Part shown: one piece after another, positions 10,383-19,796 of the stretch | Layout: every line of letters starts with the position of its first letter | Numbering within the stretch: position 1 is the stretch's first letter | Assembly: GCF_004010195.1 (NCBI RefSeq) | Contig: NC_057718.1 | Coordinates: 68,604,423-68,624,422, forward strand | Reading direction: 5' to 3' | Source of the DNA: Chiloscyllium plagiosum | Taxonomy: Eukaryota | Length of the DNA stretch: 20,000 nt | Notes under the pieces: model-generated | What the model saw: only the letters and a program-made list of their open reading frames with translations | Told to the model about the DNA's origin: nothing | The model's database searches: none | Program-made: the position numbers and the translations under genes

Positions 10383-10920
10383 TAAGACAATAAGACTAGG
10401 GGCAGAACAAGGCCATTTAGTCTACTGAGTTTCCTCCAATTTTCAATGAGATGGATGAACTTATAATAATCAGTTCCACTTTACTCCCTTTTCCCCCTGA
10501 ACTCCTTAATATCCTTAGTGATTAAAAATCTGTGTCTTGAATACACTTAATTACCTAGTCTCAGCAGACCTCTGCTGTAAAGAGTTCCATAGATTCATGA
10601 CCCTCTAAAAGAAGAAATTCCTTCACGTGTCTTTAAATGTGCGACCCTTATTCTGAGATTATGCTGTTTGATCCTGGACTATCCCACAAGTGGAAACAAC
10701 CCTTCCATATCTACCGTTTCAAGTCTGCTAAGAATCTTGTATGTTTCAATAAGGTTACTTCTCATTCTTCTATATTCCAATGAGTATTCAACTTCCCCTC
10801 AGAAAACATAACTGGTATCAGCTGAGTGATCTTTCTCAGGATTGTCCCAATGCTAGTATATCTCTCTCTAGATAAGGGGTCAAAAAATGTGTACAGTACT
10901 TTCAGATGTGTTCTGTCAAT
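10383..10920 (-). mobile_element. Old CR1 LINE 3' fragment
   Basis: Tail taagacaataagac; minus-strand RVMNLWNSL and RKITQLIP remnants; homologous to 1057-1900. Confidence 0.8.
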
Positions 10921-11223
10921 CTTGGAATAAAGGTGCAAGAGTAGTTCATTCAGCATCTCTAGCCTGTTCTGTTATTAGATGAAATCACTACCTTTGTTTC
11001 AAATTTTTTCATATGTTTGTTTTTCCATTCTGAGAATTTCAATTACCGAGCCTTGATGGCATTTTGAGCTCCAGCTTTCCATGTCTTTTGTGCAAAGAAT
11101 TTTTTTCCTGATAATGTCCCTTGGATCTAACTAAGGTTAATCACAATCCAGTCAAATCCTTTAATCGCTGAGCTCATTGTAGATTACCCCTGAATTTCAA
11201 CAGTTTGTCAAAACTCCCAAATT

Positions 11224-11245
11224 TCTCTCTCTCTCTCTCTCTCTC
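11224..11245. repeat. (TC)n microsatellite
   Basis: About 11 TC units. Confidence 0.95.
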
Positions 11246-11480
11246 CCCTGTTGTCTTTCTGTAATATTAAAATGTTCTTTATATCCTTTCCAGTTAGTCT
11301 GATTTCACTATTCTTTGCATTTATCTAAGTCTTTTGTTTTCATTTCATATTATATCTTTCCTCATTTGTGGATTAATATTGTTTAATTACATAAATAGAG
11401 ACTCTGACCTTTAAGAGTATGTACAGGTCTTTTGCTGTAGAACCACAGTTGGACAGTGGGAGTTATTTAGCCTGATGGCA

Positions 11481-12706
11481 TTTGATTTAATTTATATTGT
11501 CACATACATGTAGCTAGGTACAGTACAGGCAGATCATACAATAGTGCATTAAGGTCATAGATTGGAGCAAAGAATACACTATTACAGCTGCAGAGAAGGT
11601 GTACAAAGAACAAGATCAACAATAAATTAAAAATTTGAATAGTCCATTCAGAAGTCTAATAACAGCAGGGAAGAAGCTGCTGTTTAATCTGTTGGTACGT
11701 ATTTAAGCTTTTATATCTTCTGCTTGACAGATGAAGTTGGAAGATATAACTGGGGTGGGAAGCATCTTTGATTATGTTGGCTGCCTTCCTGAGGCAGTAA
11801 GAAGTATAGATGGAGTCAGTGGGTGGGAGGTTGGCTTGTGTGATGGGCTGTATCCACAACTCTCTCTAGTTTCTTATGGTCCTGATAGAATGCTTTCTGT
11901 TGTGCGTCTGTAAAAATTGGTAAGAATCTTTATGTACGCTGAATTTCCTTAGGCTCCTGAGGAAGTAGAGGCATCGTTGTACTTTCTTCACTGTAGCATC
12001 ATATGGGTGGACCAGAACTGATTGGTAATCATCACCCCCTAGGAACTTGATGCTCTCAACCACCTCCACCTCAACACCATTGATGTGGAGAGGGGCCTGC
12101 CCTCTACTTTGTTTCTTGAAGTTAATGACCAACTTTTGCTTTTTGTTGAGGGAGAGATTGTTATCTTTAAGGTGGAGTTGCAGTCAATAAGTAGAAGTCT
12201 GAGGTAGTTATCCTTATCCAGATGTTGCAGGGATGGTATAGGGCCTGGGAGATGCTGTGGATATGTTGTGACAGTAGGCGAATTGCATGGAATCAAGGCA
12301 GGCTGGGAGGCTAGAGTTGATGTGAGCTGAAAATGTGTTGCTGGAAAAGCGCAACAGGTCAGGCAGCATCCAGGGAACAGGAGAATCGACGTTTGGGGCA
12401 TAAGCCCTTCTTCAGGAATGAAGAAGGGTTTATGCCCGAAACGTCGATTCTCCTGTTCCCTGGAAGCTGCCTGACCTGCTGCGCTTTTCCAGCAACATAT
12501 TTTCAGCTCTGATCTCCAGTATCTGCAGACCTCACTTTCTCCTCATAGAGTTGATGTGAGCCATGACTAACCTCTTAATGCTGCTTCATTATGGAGGCCA
12601 GAGCAACTGCACAGAAACAATTGTGGCACGCTGTACGAGTTTTGTTTGGCACCAGGATAATGGCGGTCTTCTTGAAGCAGGTGGGGATTCCAGATTTTAG
12701 TAAGGA
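11481..12706 (-). mobile_element. Rex1/Babar-like LINE, 3' part, internally deleted
   Basis: PLHINGVEVEVVESIKFLG, KKVQRCLYFLRSLRKF, YLRLLLIDCNST, IPTCFKKTAIILVPK, CLRKAANIIKDASHP; tail tttgatttaattt. Confidence 0.8.
12324..12545. mobile_element. Short palindromic PLE-derived insertion (copy 3) with perfect 16-bp flanking duplication
   Basis: Arms 12324-12414 and 12419-12509, loop ggaa, unpaired tail 12510-12545; tagagttgatgtgagc at 12312-12327 (overlaps the arm by 4 nt) and at 12546-12561. Confidence 0.92.
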
Positions 12707-13970
12707 TTCAATTGTACAGCATGGAAATAGACCCTTTAGTCCAACTTGTCCAAGTCAACCAGATATTTTACATTTATCTCGTTCTATTTGTTAGCACTTG
12801 GCCCACATCCCTTTCAACCCTTCCTAATCAAATCCAATTGGATGGGTATCAGCTTTCACCACCACATCTGGCAGCTCATTCCATACACACACCACTGTGA
12901 AGAAGTTGCTCTTTTGGTTGCTTTTACATCTTTCCCCTCTCACCTTAAACCTGTGCCCTCTCGTTTTGGACTCTCCTACCCTGGAAAAAGACCTTGGCTA
13001 TTCATTCTATACCAGCCCTTTGTGATCTTAAGAACTATAAGGTCACTTCTCAGTCTCTGATGCTCCAAGGAAAATAGCCCCAGTATATTCAGCCTCTCCT
13101 TAAAACTCAAACCCTCCAACCCTGGCAACATTCTAGTAAATCTTTTCTGAACCCTTTCAAGTTTCATAACATCATTCCTATTGCAAGGAGGCCAGAATGG
13201 AAGGTAGTATTCCAATGTCCTATGTAGATTAGATTAGATTACTTACAGCGTGGAAACAGGCCCTTCGGCCCAACAAGTCCACACCGCCCCGCTGAAGCGC
13301 AACCCACCCATACCCCTACATTTGCCCCTTACCTAACACTACGGGCAATTTAGCCTGGCCAATTCACCTGACCTGCACATCTTTGGACTGTGGGAGGAAA
13401 CCCACGCAGACACGGGGAGAACGTGCAAACTCCACACAGTCAGTCGCCTGAGGCGGGAATTGAACCCGGGTCTCTAGCGCTGTGAGGCAGCAGTGCTAAC
13501 CACTGTGCCACCGTGCCGCCCAGTGCTAACCCAGCAACATGACCTCCCAACGCCTATACTCAATGCACTGACCAATGAAGGCAGACATATCAAATGCCTT
13601 CTTCTCCTATCTGCCTGCTACTCAACTTTCAAGGAATTATGAACCTACACCCCAAAGTCTCTTTGGCAACATTCCGCAGGGCCCTATCTTTAAATGTATA
13701 AGTCTTGCTCTGTTTTTCCTTACCAAATTGCAACACTTCACTTATCTAAATTAAACTTGTTCTGCCAGTCTTTGGCCTATCTGATCGAAGTCCCATTGTA
13801 CTCTGAGGTAACCTTATTCACTGTCCACAACACCTCCAATTTTAGTGTCATCTGCAAACTTACTAATTATTCCTCCGGTATTCACATGCAATGGACCCAG
13901 CATCGATCCTTGCAGCAAACCGCTGGTCACTGGCCTCCATTCTGAAAAGCAGCCTTCTACCACTGTCCTA
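12707..13970 (-). mobile_element. 5'-truncated CR1 (HER1-like) LINE inserted into the Rex1-like LINE
   Basis: KLERVQKRFTRMLPGLEGLSFKERLNILGLFSLE..LRSDLI and [11 protein letters not shown]; 3' tail tacagcatggaaatagaccctt. Confidence 0.88.
13225..13521 (-). mobile_element. HE1-type shark SINE, little diverged
   Basis: Minus strand: GGGCGGCACGGTGGCACAGTGGTTAGC (A box), GGGTTCAATTCCC (B box, 13455-13467), (AATCT)n tail; CpGs retained. Confidence 0.95.
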
Positions 13971-13988
13971 TATATTTTTTACCTTCAA

Positions 13989-14190
13989 GAGGTTAAAGAT
14001 ACCAGCAAATATTCCTGCCAGCTGGTACATGCAGGATCTGAGTGCATGGCCGGGGACTTCATCTGGGCCAACCTCCTTTCATGGGTTCATTCTCAAAAAG
14101 GCGATCTGTTGCCTGCAGCGGTGACTGAGGGAACAGGTGCATCTGAGGTTGTTGATATTTCACTGACTTTCTGTTAGAAATGAGTGTAAA
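13989..14190 (-). mobile_element. Upstream continuation of the Rex1/Babar-like LINE
   Basis: GPDEVPGHALRSCMYQLAGIFAGIFNL joins in frame to SLLKSGIPTCFKK at 12706. Confidence 0.8.
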
Positions 14191-14329
14191 ATGCATTGTG
14201 TGCATCATGAAATGATGTATTTGTGTCTGCTATTCTGTTCTGCTTTGTTTTGTATCCTGTTACGTCATTTGATCCATGACAGACTCCCAAAAGGACTCCC
14301 CAACTATTCCCACACTCCAGCCCTAACTC

Positions 14330-14650
14330 CATTGCTCTCTAACTCCATCACTTTAAAATATATATCCAGCTCTTTTTTGAAATGTCCGGTGAAATTCGCC
14401 TCCACCAATCTCCCAGGCAGCGTATTCCAAATGCTGACAAAGTAAACAAGTTTCTCCTCATCTCATTCCTAGCTCTCTTACTGACAATCTTGAAATTGTG
14501 TTATATACTGATATACCAACTAGTGGAAACAGAATATCCTTTACATGTTCAAAATTGTTCATAATTTTGAACACCTCAATTTATCTTACTTGCTCCAATC
14601 TCTATTCATTTGTATAAAACCATTCATGCTTGGTATCTCACTAATTAATC
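14330..14650 (-). mobile_element. Very old CR1 3' remnant
   Basis: Minus-strand WNTLPGRLVEA..FQKRAGY-like segment around 14360-14440. Confidence 0.55.
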
Positions 14651-14676
14651 TCCTTTGATTTCCTTCCAGACCTTTT

Positions 14677-14885
14677 TGATTAGATTTGATTTATTACTGT
14701 CACATGTACCGAGATATAGTGAAAAGTATTGTTTTGTGTGCTGTTTAGACAAATACATCAGAGTAATAGATCAGAATGCAGAATATAATGTTACAGCTAC
14801 CCAGAATGTGCAGAGGAAGATTAGCTCTAATATGAGAGGTCCATTCATAAGTCTGATAACAGCAGGGGAAGGAGCTGTTCATGAA
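14677..14885 (-). mobile_element. Rex1/Babar-like 3' end fragment
   Basis: Similar to 11481-11685 (tttgatttatt..gtcacat..tacagct..agaa..gtccattca.aagtct.ataacagcaggg). Confidence 0.75.
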
Positions 14886-14892
14886 TCTTTCT

Positions 14893-15740
14893 TAGAGTCG
14901 TACAGCATGGAAACAGACCCTTTGCTCCAACTAGTCTATGCGAGCTAGTTCCACATGCCTGCGTTTGGCCGATATTCCTCTAAATCTTTCCCATTCATGT
15001 AATTGTCCAAATGTATTTTAAATATTGTAACTGTACCTACATCCACCATTTCCTCTGGCAGCTCATTCCACACAAACTAGCCTATGTGTTTTTTTAACAA
15101 AAAAGTTGCCCCTCAGGTCCTTTTTAAACTTTCTCCTATCTCCTTAAAATATGCCCTAGTTTTGAACTCCCCCACCTTAGGGAAAAGACCATATCTATTC
15201 ACCTCATATGTCCCTCATGATTTTATAAACCTCTGAGGTCACTCCTCAATGCTCCAGTGAAAGAAGACCCAGCTTGCACGGCCTATTTTTATAACTCATC
15301 CTCTGTTTCTGGCAACGTCCTGGTAAGTCTTTCTGAATCCTATCCAATTTAATAATATCCTTCCTATGGCATGGTAAGCAGAACTGGACATGTATGCCAG
15401 AGAAGGCCTCACCAATGTACTGTACAACCTCAACATGATGTCCCAACTCCTACATTCAAAGGTCTGAGCAATGAAGGCAAGTGTGCAAAATGCCTTCTTA
15501 ACCACACTGTCTACCTCTGATGCAAATTTCCGAGAATTAAGTACCTGAACCACTGTTCAACAGCATTACCCAGCATTAATTGTATAAGTTCTGTCTTTGT
15601 TTTTAACAAAAAGCAATACCTTACATTTATCCAAATTAAATTCCATCTGCCACTCGTCAGTCCATTGACCCAATTTATCATAATCTCTTTGTAATCTTAG
15701 ATAACCTCCTTCACTGTCCACTGTACCACCAAATTTTGGT
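14893..15740 (-). mobile_element. 5'-truncated CR1 (HER1-like) LINE
   Basis: GGTVDSEGGYLRLQRDYDKLGQWTDEWQMEFNLDKCKVL, VVKKAFCTLAFI..MLRLYSTLVRP; tail agagtcgtacagcatggaaacagacc. Confidence 0.88.
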
Positions 15741-17113
15741 ATGAGAAAATGAAGACTGCAGATGCTGGAGATCAGAGTCGAGAGTGTGTTGCTAGGAAAG
15801 CACCACAGGTTAGGCAGCATCCAAGGAGCAGGAATGAGGCGAGAGGTTTGACGCTGAGAGATAAATGGTAGGGGGGTGGGGTTGGTAGCTAAGAAAGTTA
15901 TAGATGGATGAAGGTGAGGGAGAATGTGATAGGTCAGAGGGGGGAGTGATGGACAGATCTGGAGGGTGGTGCTGTTTTGGAGGCTTGGGGCTAGGATAAT
16001 GTGGGGAGAGGGGAAATGAGGAAGCTGTTGAAATCCACATTTATCCCATGTGGTTGCAGGGTCCCAAGGAGGAATATGAGGCGTTCTTCTTCCAGGCGTC
16101 GCGTGGTAAAGGTTTAGCTGTGGAGGAGGCCTAGGACCTGCGTGTCCTTGATGGAGGGGGAGTTGAAGTATTCAACTACGAGGCAGTGGGGTTGATGGGT
16201 GCAGGTGTCCCAGAGATGTTCTCAGAAACGATCTGCCTGAAGATGTCCTGTCTCCCCAACGTACAGGAGACCACACCGGGTGCAACGGATGCGGTAGATG
16301 ACATTGGTAGAAGTACAGGTGAATTTCTGATGGATGTGGAAGGATCCCTTGGGGCCTTGGATGGAGGTGAGGTGAGGGGAGTGGCGTGGCCACAGGTTTT
16401 GTACTTTCTGCAGTGGCAGGAAAAGGTGCCAGGAGTGGGGTGTGAGCTGGTGGGGGGTGTGAACCTTACGAGGGAGTTGTGGAGGGAATGGTATCTCTGG
16501 AACACTGGTAGGGTTAAGGAGGGAAATATATCTTTGGTGGGGTCCATTTGGAGGTGGTGGAAGTGGTGGAGGATGATGCGATGTATGCGGAGGTTGGTGG
16601 GGTGGAAGGTGAGAACCAGGGGGATTCTGTCCTTGTTGCGTTGGGATGGCTGGAGTGCATGGGCAGTGGTGTGAAGTGGAGGAGATGCGCAGGAGGGCAT
16701 TGTCAACTACATGGGAAGAGAAGTTGCGATCATGGAAGAAGGAAGCCATCTAGGAATTTGAGGTGGAATTGGTCATCTGGAAAAGATGCGGTGGAGGAAT
16801 TGAGAATAAGGGATGGTGTTTTTACAGGAGGGAGCGTGGGAGGAGGTGTAGTCCAGGTAGCTGTGGGAGTGGGTGAGCTTGTAGTAGATGTTTGTGGTTA
16901 GTCGGCCGCCGGAGACAGTGATGGAAAGATCCAGGGAGGGGAGGGAGGTGTCTGAGACGGTCCAGGTGAATTTGAGATTGGGGTGGAAAGATTGGTAAAG
17001 TTGATGAACTGTTCAACCTCCTTGTGGGAGCACGAGGCGGTGCCATTACAGTCATTTTTCTGGACCTCTCCATTACTCTCTGGTGACCGACTAACCACAG
17101 ACATCTACTACAA
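15741..17113 (-). mobile_element. 5'-truncated Penelope-like element with short 5' inversion (~17056-17113)
   Basis: RIPLVLTFHP, GTFSCHCRKYKTC (Cys linker), NVIYRIRCTRCGLLYVGETG (GIY-YIG), pLTR at 15741-15840. Confidence 0.9.
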
Positions 17114-17529
17114 GATCCCACTGTACTCTAAGATAACCTTTTTCGCTGTCCACAGTACCTCCACTGCCCATGTCCCATTGGTTTAGGAAAAAAAAAGATA
17201 CATCTAAGTTTGCATCTTGGGAAGAAAAACTGGAGCAAATTGACTGGCTGTTCTGTGATCAGTGTTAGCTTTATGAGGTTGTTTGTTGCAGAAAAGGGGT
17301 TGGTAAGCTGTGAGTGAGTGAAGAGTCATGCACCATGCACCAAGCTTTTTTATATCTAATCCAGGGATTTAAAAGATATTGGATGCATTTCAAATGCACT
17401 CAGGCTGTAGAGTTATTTAATGGTTGCTGAAGCGCAGAGTAGCTTTTTACGTAAATTGTGTGCTGTCAATGTCCCTGTAAACCTGTGCAGCAATGGGAGA
17501 TGTGCTATGCAGAGAATAAACACAAGACA

Positions 17530-18050
17530 ATGAGATATACGAGATATAGGAATAGAAGTTGGCAATTCAGCCCTTCAAGTCTTCTTTGCCATTCAATTTG
17601 ATCATGGCTGACCTAATAATCTTCTCTACTTTCTTGTCTTTTCCCTATAGTTTTTGATTCCCTTACTGATTAAAATTTTGATGATGGAGAAGGTGAGGAC
17701 TGGAGGTCAGGGTCAAAACGTGTGGTGCTGGAAAAGCACAGCAGGTCAGGTAGCATCCAAGGAGCTAGAGAGTTGACGTTTCGGGCATAAGTCCTTTATC
17801 AGGAATGTTGCAGATGAAGGGCTTATTCCCGAAATGTCAACTCTCCTGCTCTTTCGATGCTGCTTGACCTGCTGCGCTTTTCCAAGTGCTACACTGTTTG
17901 ACCCCAAAATTTTGATGTCAGCATTGAATATACATAATTACTCAGCCTCAACAGCCCTCTATGGTAAATCCTTCCACAGATCCATTACCCTCTGAAAGAA
18001 GTAGTTCTTCCTCTTCTCTCTAACATGTGTGATTCCTTATTTTGGCTATA
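17530..18050 (-). mobile_element. Old CR1 3' end fragment interrupted by a hairpin insertion
   Basis: gagatataggaatagaagttggcaattcagcccttc tail and ttccacagatccattaccctctga (WN-type region), homologous to 1057-1320 and 10383-10680. Confidence 0.72.
17684..17905. mobile_element. Short palindromic PLE-derived insertion (copy 4) with 12-bp TSD
   Basis: Arms gggtcaaaacgtgtggtgctggaaaagcacagc.. / ..gctgcgcttttccaagtgctacactgtttgaccc; aaaattttgatg at 17672-17683 and 17906-17917. Confidence 0.88.
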
Positions 18051-18080
18051 TTTAAGCAAACATCCATTTAAATACACAAC

Positions 18081-19796
18081 TAGGGATTCTCTACTCGAGG
18101 CACAGACAGATGTTTCTGTGGCCACCATGTGAAAAATCAGAATGGTGCGTTGTCCCTGGTGCCAGGATCAAGGATGTGTCTGATAGGGTGCAGAATGTCC
18201 TCAAAGGGGTGAGGGCCCAGCAGGAGGTCATTGAACACTTTGGTACCAACGACATAGGAAGGGAAAAGGATGAGATACTGAAAGGAGAATATAGAAAGTT
18301 AGGCAGGAACTTAAAAAGGAGGTCCTCTAGGGTAGTAATATCTGGATTACTCCTGGTGTTATGAACTAGTGAGAGTAGGAATAGGAGGATAGAGCAGACG
18401 AATTCGTGGCTGAGGAGATGCTGTATGGGAGAAGGATTCACATTTTTGGATCATTGGAATCTCTTCTGGGGTAGAAGTGACCTGTACAAGAAGGATGGAT
18501 TGCACTTGAATTGGAAGGGGACTAATATAATGGCAGGGAGATTTGCTAAAGCTGATCTGGAGGATTTAACCTAGTAAGGTTGGGGGGGTGGGATCCAGGG
18601 AGATAGTGAGGAAAGAGATCAATCTGAGACAGGTACAGTTGAGAAAAGAAGCAAGTCAAACAGCCAGGGCAGGCAGGGACAAAGCAGAGAACCAGGTAGG
18701 ACTGATAAATTAAAGCACAGTTATTTCAATGCAAGAGGCCTAACAGGGAAGGCAGAGAACTCAGGGGATGGTTAGGAACATGGGACTGGGATATCAAAGC
18801 AATTACAGACACATGGCTCAGGACATACAGGACTGGAAACTGAATGTTCCAGGATATAAATGCTCCAGGAAGGACAGAAAGGGAGGCAAGAGAGGAAAGG
18901 GAGTGGTGTTTTTGGTAAGAGATAGCATTACTACTGTACTGAGGGAGGATATTCCCAGAAATATATCCAGGCAAGTTATTTTGGTGGAACTGAGAAATAA
19001 GAAAGGGATTATTACCTTAATGGGATTGTCTTATAGACCCCCTAATAGTCAGCAGTAAATTGAGAAACAAATTTGTAAGGAGATCTGTTATCTATAAGAA
19101 TAATAGGGTAGTTATGGTAGGGGATTTAACCTTTCGAACTATAGACTGGGGCTGCCACTGTGTTAAGGGTTTTAAGTGTGTTTTAAGACAATTTTCTGAC
19201 TCAGTATGTGGATGTACCTACTAGAAAAGGTGCAAAACTTGACCTCCTCTTGGGAAATAAGGCAGGGCAGGTGACTGGGGTGTCAGTGGGGGAGCACTTT
19301 GGGGCCAGCGACCATAATTGTATAGTGATGGAAAAGGATAGATGAGATCTAAAAGTTGAAGTTCTAAATTGCAGAAAGGCTAATTTTGACCCTATTAGGC
19401 AAGAGCTTTCAAAAGCTGATTGGGGGCAGATGTTTGCAGGTAAAGGGATGGCTGGAAAATGGGAAGCCTTGAGAAATGAGATAACGAGAGTCCAGAGACA
19501 GTATATTCCTGTTAGGGTGATAGGAAAAGCTGGTAGGTGTAGGGAATGTTGGATGACTAGAGTAATTGAGGGTTTGGTTCAGAAAAATAAGGAAGAATAT
19601 GTCAGAAATAGACAGGATAGATCGAGTGAATCCTTCGAGTATAAAGGCAGTAGGAATATACTTAAGAGGGAAATCAGGAAGGCAAAAAGGGGACATGAGA
19701 TGCTTTGGCAAATATAATTAAGGAGAATCTAAAGGGGTTTTACAAATACATTAAGGACAAAAAGGTAACTAGGGAGAGAATAGGGCCCTTCAAGGC
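18081..19796 (+). mobile_element. CR1 LINE fragment: ORF1 SGNH esterase (~18083-18575) and ORF2 APE region (~18710-19796), decayed
   Basis: GDS remnant, PGARIKDV, HFGTNDIG, VVISGLL, DGLHLN; then FNARGL, YRPPNS, MVGDL, LDLLLGN, GASDHN, KVTRERIGP. Confidence 0.92.

Noticed and set aside
13440..13521. tRNA gene
   Set aside because: The A/B boxes belong to the SINE head and continue into the SINE body and LINE-derived tail
17278..17310. Possible micro-exon ttgtttgttgcag|aaaaggggttg|gtaagc
   Set aside because: 11 nt, frame-shifting and with no supporting evidence; such matches are common by chance
888..19717. Remaining ORF-track entries as host genes
   Set aside because: Most are fragments or antisense/alternate frames of decayed CR1, Rex1-like, PLE or SINE sequence; the few in unique sequence (e.g. 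8238-8438, 9673-9915) show no coding features
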